Shown here: positions 38,724-49,963 of the stretch, piece by piece | Position numbering within the stretch: position 1 is the stretch's first letter | How the letters are laid out: each line of letters starts with the position of its first letter | DNA from: Squalus acanthias | Taxonomy: Eukaryota | Assembly (NCBI GenBank): GCA_030390025.1 | Contig: CM059438.1 | Coordinates: 70,868,001-70,932,000, forward strand | Reading direction: 5' to 3' | Length of the DNA: 64,000 nt | Position numbers and translations under genes: made by a program | The notes under the pieces: generated by a model | The model's input: the letters and a program-made list of their open reading frames with translations, nothing else | Databases searched by the model: none | Told to the model about the DNA's origin: nothing

Positions 38724-39577
38724 GGGGGAAAAATTCAGTTGGTTGCGCCTCCCGTTAGCGCCTTAAGAGGGCGCTAATGGGGTGCAAAGCAACTAGTGCC
38801 CGGGCGCGGCAATGTTTGCGCGCTCACGAAATTAACTAGACATTTTGCGGCAGCGCTAAACACTACCGCCACGATCTCCTGCGCCGGCAGATCGTGATGT
38901 CAGTCGAGTGTGCAGCGCCCCGGAGCGGATATTGAGTGGCGCCCCCTGCCTTACCGCCTGCTGCTTGCAATGACAGGTTGAGAGGAGCGTTTTGCAGTCA
39001 GGAAGGGACTGGGGGAGCGCTATTTAAAGGCGACCGCTTCCTGCCTTTTTTTGTTGGTGACATTTTTGAACCACGCATTCTGAGAGAGAGAGAGACTTCT
39101 GGAGAGATTCAACTCTGTGTGAAGGAGTTTTGGGTACTGGGCAGCACTTTGCAGGTTCATTTTGATTTGCCCTTCCTTTTATCGATTTAGAAGCAACTGT
39201 GGGGGCTGCACTCTGAGCTCTTTCCCTGGTCCTCTCCATTGTTCTTTCCAGCAGATTTGATGCACAGGTCTCTCCAGGCCGAGATTCAAGGCTGCAATGA
39301 GCAGGATGTGGATGGAAAGCAAGATCAACCCTCCCCTTTAAGAACTGGCCGGCGCCATTGTGTCTGTGATCCATTGCTGACTGACATCACATGAGCTTCG
39401 CCAGCGCTCTGAGTTAGCGCCTCGCTCCTTGGCCTTTGCGCCTTAAGACAGATGTGTAGCGCCTGATTTAACGCTCAAATCAGCTCCAGGGGTGATAAAA
39501 GTCAAGTTTGCAGTCGGAGGCGATAATTAGAGCCAGGCGCTAATCTTTGCACCCGGGCGATACTGAATTTCTCCCCC
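38724..39577 (-). mobile_element. Harbinger family B element, inverted relative to 30899-31791
   Basis: TIRs gggggaaaaattcag / ctgaatttctccccc with TTA TSD; long reverse-complement match to 30899-31791. Confidence 0.87.
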
Positions 39578-40603
39578 TTAATCTTCAAAATCAAACAAAT
39601 AAACAAGCAAATAATCTAACAGTGATATAATAGTCCTAGTATATATTTAACAGTAAATCTTTTATCTAACTCCTCGAATAGACAAAATAATGATTTGCAA
39701 TCTAATAATAAATTTTGTAGATGACTTTTATAAATGTAACTTTTATCAAACTTCAACTCTTTTCTAATTATAGGGGTTAGCTCATTTACCTTTTCATATC
39801 CTGTGAAGATTCAATTGGTTTGAGTATCTTCACTCAGCTCAGTGAGCAGATCCAGCCATTTAACTACCCTTTCACAGGTTTACGTGGCTTGTTTGGAAAT
39901 GTTGTAACTGACAGTCAGATTCAAAATACAAATCGTACCGTCTGTGTTGGTTCAGAGTTAACGTAGTTCCTCCCCTTGTGCCTACGATTCAAAAGCCAGT
40001 TTGAACCAGCCTTATTATATACTGTAGGTATCAAAATAGGTTTGATACAAGGATCTGAGCAGCCACTTTTTTAAGCTGCTTACATACTAGACTGACAACT
40101 AGACATAAAACAATGACTTTTGTCACAAGTACCTTTTAAAGGGACACGGGGGGTAACTTTTTTACCTTCACCGCTTAGGTGGTCAACTTCCATTATGGAA
40201 CTGAAAATCGGGCAGGTTGTATAATGGGCAGACAATCCACTCCACCAGTTTACCGCCCAAGCAGTGAAGGAGAAAATTACTCCCACTATGTTCATGAAAA
40301 CGTAGTTAGTTTGCACGCAATGTAATGATGTCTCTTGGGACGGATATTGTGATGAGAATAGCTCTTCTCTCTCGCTAACAAAAATACAATGGTTTGACAA
40401 ATAAGTTTTCGTGAAGACCGTACCACTTCATTGAGTTTGAACTTGACTGCCTCTTGAATCAAAGGAACTTGACTCTTGACTGTCACAGGACTACACCAAG
40501 GGTCTAAATTATCTTCTTCAGCAGCATCATCATCAAGACAAAACATTTCTACTTGACTTCACATAAAAAGACCTTTTAATAAAAGGTAGGTACTAAAAAC
40601 ATT

Positions 40604-41522
40604 GGTCTGGAGTTTCCGCTCGATTACGCTGGTTTTTTTCAGTGCAATTCACTCGATAATGGTGTAACCAACGCAAAAGATCGCGGGATTTTAAACGCAA
40701 ATTGCGTTCAGCGCAACTCGAGTTTCGGCGATCTTTTGCGCAAGTTTTAAAATATCGCGCTAGAAGCAGGCCCTGCCCACAAAACTGGCCATGCCGCATA
40801 TCGAATTAATCACCATTGGGAGTTTCTGCTAATTGCGCTCGTTTGCAGGCCTTTAAGAGGCTCCAAAAATTACAATCGATCTTTTTGGGTGCAAGGACAC
40901 TAATAGGTACGTTTTAAAAGGTTTTGAATGGATTTTCTTTTAAAAGTTACTAAGGAACTGACTACTGTACCCCAATCTAACTAGAAAATAGTTTTGTCTA
41001 TTTTCTAAAAGTAATTTTGAGTCATTTTAAACCGGGTTACTCACAGGTGGTGGATTGACCCTGTGATTTAAAATGCTTATTTTTTGTGATAAACCCATTT
41101 TCAGCTGTATTAATCAAACTGCACCAGGTTACCACTCTTAAATATATCAAGGAATACTTTTTAAAGCAAATTCTTTACTTAAAAAATTACATTTTAAAAA
41201 GCTGCTCGATTGTGTTGGTTCATGGGCAGATTTTGCGTTCAGTGATATGCAAATGAGTTTGCGCGGAAACTCAGCACATGATTGAAAGTCACTGATTATT
41301 TGAGAATAGACAAATGTAAATGTTCCTCATACAAGCAGGAACATTTTAAACATTTCAATCCCAGAGCGCAGAAGGAGTGCTGCGATTGCTTGCATGACAA
41401 TGGTCACTGCACTGCAAAATGCACTCATTCGGGGAAAATAAAACACTTTTCAAAACGGGCGCAATTTTGAGCGCAATCTGCGGCTAAATTGCCGATTGTG
41501 CCCAAAGCGGAAACTTTACCCC
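40604..41522. mobile_element. Harbinger-like MITE containing an inverted copy of neighbouring DNA
   Basis: Termini ggtctggagtttccgct / agcggaaactttacccc; TSD not clean. Confidence 0.6.
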
Positions 41523-42499
41523 AAAGTTTCTATTATTCATTAAGTGAAAGAAAATTAACATTTTGAGGAAAAAATGCATGTACATTTGTAAGAAAGTCAG
41601 TTGTGAACAGTATTCGTGTTCATCATTATTTTGCTGCGTTGCTGGTGTTCTGAATAGGTGTATTATTTTTTGTTTTAATCTTCCTGAAGCACTCACTCAA
41701 AACAGTGTCCATTTAATGCCCAGATAAAACACCCACCTTTATTCTGTTCATTTCGGGAGAAAAAGAAGACAGACAGACAGACTTGAATTTTCAGTCCCTT
41801 CATCACAACAAAACATCTCAAAGCACTTCACACGCAATGAATTGCTTTTTGCAGTGCAGTGACCATTGTTATGTAAGCAATCGCCGCACTCATTCTGCTC
41901 TCTGGGATTGAAATTTTTTTAATCTTCCTGCTTGTACGAGGAACATTTACATCGGGCTTTTGTCTATTCTCAAATAATCAGTGAGTCTCGTTCATGTGCT
42001 GTAGGAGCATAACTGACATTTTTCAGGTGTGGATTGTGGGCGAAACTTTCTCGGCGGTGCAAAAGCTGGTGGGATCGGATTGGCTGCTTGTTATACACCG
42101 CGCTCAATTTTCCTTTCCATGTAGTCAATGGAAAGAAAAATTGGTCGGCATGTATAATATGAAGTCCTCAGTCACAAGTAACAGAACTTACAAATGCTGA
42201 TCCACCGCCATCAAAGTTGAAAGTTGCGTACTATTATGTGCAAAGGCCACTCCAACACCTCCTTAAAAAATGCAGTTCTCAATGAATACTTGCACTGTAG
42301 GCCTGAGAACATGCCATATAATCTTGGAACACTGCTCTTCGCACTCAAATTCATGGTGAAAGTAGAATTTGACTTGGAGTAAGTTAATTTTAGTATCTTT
42401 ATGTGATTTTTGTTTTCAAACTAAATGGATGTCTTGTATATTTATATTTATTATACGGTATAGTCTTGCTTCATAGAATTGTTCACTTAGAAATGTCAA

Positions 42500-42959
42500 A
42501 TTAGGGGTAATGCCCACCACAGGAAGGAAAAGAAGGTGAGAGCGTGAGTAACACCGAGCTACTGCCACTCACCCAGCAACCAGTTCAAGATTGGATTTAG
42601 TCGAGGTTAGTAAGCAGTCACCTTCGCAACTGGGGAAGGCAAATAATATATAACAGGGGGGAAGGGGGCTATCGAGTGGGCAAGCTAATGTGCTCAGTAC
42701 TTTTACTTACTTACATGCCCTTTAGACGAGAGACCAAAGCCAGCCCCTGTCTGAGTTCCGGTAGACATTATGCTGTATTTGAGAGAGGATAAGGTTGGTC
42801 TCCTGGAATAATGAGATCAAAGAACCTGTTTTCATCTAAATCTACTTTGTGCTCTATTGGTAATTACAAAATATGAGTTGAATGGGGAACTGTTGAGAAA
42901 ATATTAACCTCAAATCTCCATTTTAAAATGATGACAGAATCATTTTATTTAACTTGTTG
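42500..42959 (+). repeat. Local direct duplication, copy 1 (copy 2 = 43958-45044)
   Basis: Near-identical to 43958-44147 plus 44773-45044. Confidence 0.92.
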
Positions 42960-44147
42960 GTCAAATTATTCAAATTTGTAATACTTACATGATTTTATGG
43001 AATAATTATGTTTGTCTATATGAGGCAAGAGTAAATTAGTTTTATAAAAATTATGAATAATCTTGCAATATATTTTTGTTTAATTTCAATTTTATTTTAT
43101 TATTAATGATCGGTTAACTAATGACTACTGATGACATCGCATGGAGAATTGGCAGGGAGGAGGTACCGACCTCAATTAACATATGTTGAAATGACACGAT
43201 CCCTGAAACTTTCTGGGCCAATGATTACAGATGTTTAGCTCCCTCATGCGGCTGGGCTCGGTAACCCCTGCCAATTAGTTCCCCCAATGATGTCATAAAT
43301 CCCTCACGTTAAAAATTGTCAAAAGACCAAAAAAAGGGAGCATTTTTGTTTCCCCCCAAAAAATTATCTTTCAAAAGTACATTGATGCTAAGGCTCCATT
43401 AGATTATACCACAAAAAATAAATCCAAGACTACTGTACTTAGCGACGGATTTCCTCCAGGGTATGTATTGGTATTAATGTACAGTTTTCCAATTACCTCC
43501 AAACTATTCCAGTTGCATTTGAGCATAAGGAAACAACTATACAACTGTACAGCAGAAACACAAAATCTCCCCTTTTATTTCAGGAGAAGGAGCTGAAAGT
43601 GTGACATGTTTATACACAATATTTAAGTAACTAAGGAAAACCAAATAATTTCCTTATGTAGAATTTTCCCTTCCACTGGTTGACACATGTTTTATAGAAT
43701 TAACTCTTCCAGCAGTTTTCAAAGGAGCTGTAATATCAGCAGGAACTATTGGCAGTCTGTGCTGGTCCTTGTTGCAAAGCAGATTTAAAAACCACAACTG
43801 AATGTTTCTGTTTCTCCCCCAATTCATACTCATTTTGAAAAGTACTTTAATGAGATGATGGTTCCCGATGTCCTCAGTCACAAGTAATAGAACTTGCAAA
43901 ATGATCAGTAGAAGCCACAGAGTGGTACAGTGTGGGTTTCCAGTCCCTTTTGCCTCTATTAGGGGTAATGCCCACCACAGGAAGGGAAAGAAGGTGAGAA
44001 CGTGAGTAACACCGAGCTACTGCCACCCACCCAGCAACCAGTTCAAGACTGGCTTTAGTCGAGGTTAGTAAGCAGTCACCTTCGCAACAGGGGAAGGCAA
44101 ATAGTACATAACAGGGGGAAAGGGGGCTATCGAGTGGGCAAGCTAAT

Positions 44148-44772
44148 AAGAACGTAAGAAATAGGAGCAGGAATAGGCCACTTGGCCCCTCGAGCCTGCG
44201 CCGCCATTCAATATCATGGCTGATCTTGGGCTCAAAGCCACTTCCCTGCCCGCTCCCCATAACCCTTCACTCCCTTATCTTGCAAAAATCTGCCTATCTC
44301 CACCTTAAATGTATTTAATGACCCAGCTTCCACGGCTCTCTGGGGCAGAGAATTCCACGGATTTACGACCATCTGAGAGAAGAAATTCCTCCTCATCTCA
44401 GTTCTAAAAGGGTGACCCTTTATTCTGAAATTATGCCCCCAAATTCTAGATTTCCCCACGAGGGGAAACATCCTCTCTGTATCTACCTTGTCGAGCCCCC
44501 TCAGTATCTTATATGTTTCAATAAGATCACCTCTCATTCTTCTAAATTCCAATGAGTATAGGCCCAGCCTGCTCAACCTTTCCTCATAAGTCAACCCCCT
44601 CATCTCTGGAATTAACCTAGTGAATCGTCTCTGAACTGCCTCCAATGCAAATATATCCTTCCTTAAATAAGGGGACCAAAACTGTACGTAGTACTCCAGA
44701 TGTGGTCTTACCAATACCCTGTACAGTTGTAGCAGGACTTCCCTGCTTTTATACTCCAACCCCCTTGCAATA
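44148..44772 (-). mobile_element. 5'-truncated CR1 inserted in duplication copy 2
   Basis: Open 175-aa ORF2 C-terminus (EYKSREVLLQLYRVLVRPHLEYYVQFWSP...) plus tail; AAT duplicated at the junctions. Confidence 0.92.
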
Positions 44773-45079
44773 AATGTGCTCAGTACTTTTACTTACTTAT
44801 ATGCCCTTTAGATGAGAGGCCAAAGCCACCCCTGTCTGAGTTCCGGTAGACATTATGCTGTATTTGAAAGAGGATAAGGTTGGTCTCCTGGAATAATGAG
44901 ATCAAAGAACCTGTTTTCATCCAAATCTACTTTGTGCTCTATTGATAATTACAAAATATGAGTTGAATGGGGAAATGTTGAGAAAATATTAACCTCAAAT
45001 CTCCATTTTAAAATGATGACAGAATCATTTCATTTAACTTGTTGTCTCTCTCTCTCTCCCTTTTCATTTCTTCCCTCAG

Positions 45080-45317
45080 AAAAGCTCACCTGATTCTGAA
45101 ACGACTGGACAATGTGAGTGACCGCTGTGCATCATTACTACACAGTGCCTATATTCAGAGCCACATAGACTCAGTCCTGTATTTCATCTGTCGAATGGAA
45201 GAAACCAGACCCACGGGGATGGTCTGGTACAGCACCTTACATGATGCAAAAGTGACTTGTGATGAAAAACTAATGTCTGTCCCACGCAATATTTATGGAG
45301 ACACTAAACTGTGGTGA
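45080..45317 (+). CDS. ASTN2: Astrotactin-2, terminal coding exon (78 aa + stop, phase-2 acceptor)
   Basis: A long polypyrimidine tract ends in ...ttccctcAG at 45079, then (R)KAHLILKRLDNVSDRCASLLHSAYIQSHIDSVLYFICRMEETRPTGMVWYSTLHDAKVTCDEKLMSVPRNIYGDTKLW*. This aligns ungapped with the mammalian ASTN2 C-terminus as I recall it (RKAHLILRRLERVSSHCSSLLRSAYIQS...GMVWYS...TCEEKMVSMARNTYGESKGR). The KAHLIL motif fits ASTN2 rather than ASTN1 (KAGLIL). Confidence 0.93.
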
Positions 45318-47070
45318 GACGTCTTCGCACATTGAACTTCAATTATGTGCTCAACTTTTGAAATTTTAAAAAGAAGCAAGGCAAAAAAAAAAGAATCTTC
45401 ACGTCAAGCGATAGTGGGATCTTCATCAGACAATACACGTTTAAAAAAAATAAGCCTTCAGGGCTTCGGTGCTTGTCCAACTGTTTAATGATTGAAAAAA
45501 CTGGAGCTACATGATTGGAAATAAATACTTCACATTAACCATCAACTGTTAAGTGAACAGATAAGGTGTTAAGACAGCATGTAAATTAGTGAACTGACCA
45601 AAAATTCCAAGAAAAGTTATTACACAATGTTGTAGTGCTTTTTTTGCTTTTTATAAATTGACACAAGAAGTGAATGCACACCTTTTTAACAAAATAGTGC
45701 ATAATTATATGATAAATAATTGCTCTGTAAAAATTGAACCAACCCAATTTCTACATTGGTGAGTTGATAATTTGACTGCATTGATTGAAAGTAGAGTTCA
45801 AACAATTGACCAGGCTACTGAATAAATAAGACAATTTTTCGTAGAAATCCAGACAAGTAATCATGATAGATCATTAATGATTCATGATTAGCAAAAGTCA
45901 GATTAACAAATCACTGTTGTAAATATTAAGATGCACAATATACCATTAAAAATGTACAGTATTTTACCTTTTAGGGTTGAACAAGGGTTCACGACTGAGA
46001 AAAAAAAATGCAGACGCAGATCAATTAGTTTTCATTGTTTATAGAGGATGTAGTCTTTAGTAAATTATACCAGCAGGAAACCAACAGTCTTTGCCCCTCT
46101 AACATAACTAATCAAAGCTATTGATAACCCAAGTTTATGTGTAGGTACATGATGCTAAGCAATGGGTGTTCTAAAATACATAATGACTCAAATTTTCTGA
46201 TGGTAGTTGTAAAATGGTGGCCTTTGGCTTGAAGTTTCATAACAGTGCTTTAACATAGACTTTGAAAGTAAATAGAATAAATTACCTTGAAAAGTGGAAT
46301 GGTTTCCAGTATACGGTAGTAGTCATCAGAAATGTTGGCTGTTTTTTGATTAAATACAGAACCATGGATACTAAACATATCTTTCAAAAGACACGGTAAA
46401 GTGTATCAGCTAACCTAGAGGGAAGTTTTGATCTGGTTAAACCATCAACTTCACTAAAGAAGCTATTTATCAATAAAATAATTGACCCCCTTTTTATTTT
46501 AGTTTTGACACAGTAAAGTGTAACTGGTATTTTTTTCCCTTGAAGACGGCATATGTGCTGGAGAAGATATATTTTATACTCCTGAATCAGCCATTTAAAT
46601 GGGTTAGGATGCTAGCTGGACACTGGAATTCAGCTGTGGAAAAGAGATTAGTAAGACTCATCAGAATAAATGAATAGGTAGCAGATTCCAAAATAAAATC
46701 ACAGGATAAATTTACTACAAAGGAGTGAACTGAGTGCAGAAAGGGCGAGGTATAGAAACATTATAAATTGGTGAGAGGCATTCAAGGGAACTAACTCGGT
46801 GTCAGGACTGTTCACACGCTAATATTTTATTGCAGCTGTTGATACTGGATGAAGTATGAAGCAGTTTAAATGCGCATATTAAATTCTGGTTAATTGTGGC
46901 TAGGTGAGGTGCTTTAACCTAGAAATATTTGGTGTGGCTTAAAATGGGATTAACTACAGATAGCTGGATAGGAAATGGGTTTTGATACTCAATGATAATT
47001 GATCGGATTTCACTGTAATAAATATATTGTCTGATTTGATAAAATAAAGAGTTTCATGCATCCCATGCAC
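45318..47070 (+). other. ASTN2: Probable ASTN2 3' UTR
   Basis: AT-rich stretch after the stop codon with no recognisable TE and several AATAAA hexamers (near 45520, 45821, 46276, 46472, 47017, 47043). The true poly(A) site cannot be fixed from sequence. Confidence 0.55.
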
Positions 47071-48099
47071 ATAATCACACTTCTTATCAATTCAAAAGAG
47101 CGCGTTCAGTCTCACTTCAGAAGGTGGTGTGAATTTGTGCTCTTTCATAACAATATATCACACCGTTGTTTCATTCTCTAAGTCCACTTTTCCATTGGGG
47201 TTCAGAAGCTATTTATTCATCAGGCAAATGCCAAACCAGTTCATACCTCTCTTAGAATTCTTACTCCCACAAATTAAATACTGGCACACCATAAAAAAAA
47301 CACCTGGACTCAGGAGAGAGAGATTTGTATTGAAGTTGTGGTGCGTTGACCAACTATAAATCGTTCTTGTCCCTTTCTCTATTTTCCTCTGGCTGCATTC
47401 TCGTGCCAAATGAGAAGGTTCACCAATAAATTGGTCTAACAATGTTCAGTGTGCCATTATTTAAAGAAGAAATCTTGAGGTTTTCTTTCCCAAGGGGAGA
47501 AACAATGGAGCGAATGTCTGTAGGTGTATTGTCTTTAGGTGCATCAAGATCTGCCAGAATCTCAGGTACTAATACCACACAATTTTCGTGTTTGACCTTA
47601 TTTTGCAATAAAGATTCACAATTCCAGGTGAAATTTCTGCTTGTTCTACACCGGTAGGACATGAAAATTACATGGAAGTCAAATTTAAAAGGATGGGGAT
47701 AATTAAAGGGGAGTGTCACAAGAAGGAGAACAAAATATTTTAAAAGCTGCTGGAGAGCATTAAAAGGCATCGCAACCCAACAGCAAACTTTGTCAAGACT
47801 GAAGTGTGATGGGATTAAGAAGTGGCAGGCCAGCATGAAGAGAAAGGGGTCCGTATGTGCTTGCGTGAGTCTGCAGACAAGCGAGAGTACAGCCCAGTAC
47901 CTGGCCTCTTCTCTGATAGCTGCTGGCGTCAAGTTGGTGCTGCATCAGGTGCGTGTGAGGAGGGTTTTCCTTTGTGCTGCTTTACAATGCAATCCCAAAG
48001 GTCAGCACTGCAAGAAGGTTCCAACTATTCCTGTAGCTGCACACGTGCAAGCTCTATTCTGCACAGTAGCTGCTGGTGTTCTTGAGAAGACAGGTGAGT

Positions 48100-49345
48100 T
48101 TATTCATATATTGGCCTTGGAGGGAGTGCAGTGTAGATTTACCAGATGATACCTGGACCCCAGGGGGGCTAAATTCAGTTGATTTGCGCCTCCTGCTAGC
48201 ACCAAGAGGGTGCTAACGGGGCGCAAATCAACTAGCGCCTGGGCGCGGCGCCACTAACGCCTCCCGCAAAATTCAGCAGGAGGTTAGCGGCGGCGCTAAC
48301 CGTTAGCGCGGTGCTGCGCCACCGGCGATGACATCATCGCCATGCGCAGCGCCCCGCTCGCGCCCTGGCTGTAATATTGGGTGGCGCCCCCCCGACTTAC
48401 CGCTGGACGCTATGTCCGCCGGGGTCAGGGGGGCCTACCTGCGGCCGGGGCGGCACTAGTTAAAGGGGAGGTGGCGGGCGGCCATTTTTGTTGCTAGCCG
48501 CCTGCCAGCACCTGCCCCCGTTGATGTCCCCGGCCCCCATGAAGCCCCCCCGCAGGGTGCCAGCTGGTCTCCGTGAGCCCGGCACTCAAGAGGAGTGCCG
48601 GGCTCATTTGCCGGCACTCCGATCCCTGGTGGCCCAGCTGGGCGCCGGGCCACGCTGCGCCAGGCCCCTCCCCTTTAATAAGGGGAGGAAGGCCTGCAGT
48701 ACCACGGCGCGATGTGCCGCAGTGAGTGGCGCTGCGGCACATAGCGCCGCGATATTGGCTCGCAGCGCCCCAAAGGGATGTTGGGTGCTTCCAGTAGCGC
48801 CCCTCCTCCCTCTCAGGGCGCTACTTGGGAAAATCGGCCGCAGGGGGCGCTAACTTTTTCAGGGCACTAAAATTAGCGCCCCGGCAAAGGTAGCGCCCCC
48901 GCCCAATTTTTACCCCCAGGGGTTACATTACGATGAGAGATTACACAAACTAGGGTTGTAATCCCCGGAATGTAGGAGGTTAAGGAGTTATTTGATTGAA
49001 GTTTACAAAATATTAAGGGGAACTGGTAGGTTAGATAGAGAGAAACTATTTCCGCTGTTTGGGGAGTCGAGGACTAGGGGATGTGGTCTAAAACCTAGAG
49101 CCAGGCCATTCAGGAGAGAAATTAGGAAACACTTTTATACGCAAAGGGTGGTAGAAGTTTGAAAAACTCTTCCACAAACAGCAGTTTATGCTCGGTCAGT
49201 TGTTAATTTTAAATCTGAGATTGATAGACTTTTGTTAACCAAAGGCAATATGGGATATGGGGCAATGGTAGGTATATGGAGTTAGGTGACTGATCAACCA
49301 AGATCTCTTTGAATGGCGGAACCGTCTCGCGGGGCTAAATGGGCT
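48100..49345 (+). mobile_element. CR1 3' fragment split by a Harbinger element
   Basis: ILALEGVQCRFTR before 48164, resuming (ggggttacattacgatgagagatta...) after 48916 through the tail. Confidence 0.8.
48164..48916. mobile_element. Non-autonomous Harbinger (family B-type ends, GC-rich interior)
   Basis: TIRs gggggctaaatt / aatttttacccc with CAG TSD; ends resemble 38724-39577. Confidence 0.85.
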
Positions 49346-49539
49346 CCTCCTGTTCCTATGTTTACAAGGGCCCACAGCTGAGTTCAGTGGCATCTTGATG
49401 GGTAAAGCCAAATCGGTAACGCTAGCTCCTGATTACCTAGGCATGCATTTTCCATGCACTACCATGGAAAGCACAACATGCTGTGCCTGGGAGGCTTCTG
49501 AAGAACCTTCCATAATAAAGGTTAGACAAGCACTCGTAT

Positions 49540-49963
49540 CATAGAATCATACAGCACAGAAAGATCCATCGTGCCTGTTCTGGCTCTTTGAAAGAGTCAT
49601 CCAATTAGTCCCACTCTTTCCCCATAGCTCTGATTTTTTTTAAGTATTTATCCAATTCCCTTTTGAAATTTACTATTGAATCTGCTTACACCACCCTTTC
49701 AGGCCGTGCATTCCAGATCATCACAACTCGCTGAGTAAAAAATATTCTCCTCATCTCACCCCTGGCTTTTTTGCCAATTATTTTAAATCTGTGTCCTTTG
49801 GTTACTGACGCTGCTGTCAGTGGAAACAATTTCTCCCTATTTACTTTATCAAAACCCCTCTTAATTTTGAACACCTCTATAGAATCTCCCCATAACCTTC
49901 TCTGCTCTAAAGAGAACAATCCCAGCTTCTCTAGTCTCTCCACATAACTGAAGTACCTCATCT
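49540..49963 (-). mobile_element. CR1 3' fragment
   Basis: MRYFSYVERLEKLGLFSLEQRRL...FFTQRVVMIWN plus atcatagaatcat tail. Confidence 0.85.

Noticed and set aside
40292..40546. Minus-strand ORF MFCLDDDAAEEDNLDPWCSP...LNEVVRSSRKLI, protein-like by eye
   Set aside because: No recognisable family, an in-frame stop just upstream, no convincing splice sites or partner exons.
47420..47932. 170-aa minus-strand ORF considered as a PAPPA terminal exon
   Set aside because: No resemblance to the PAPPA C-terminus, non-ATG start, no exon signals.
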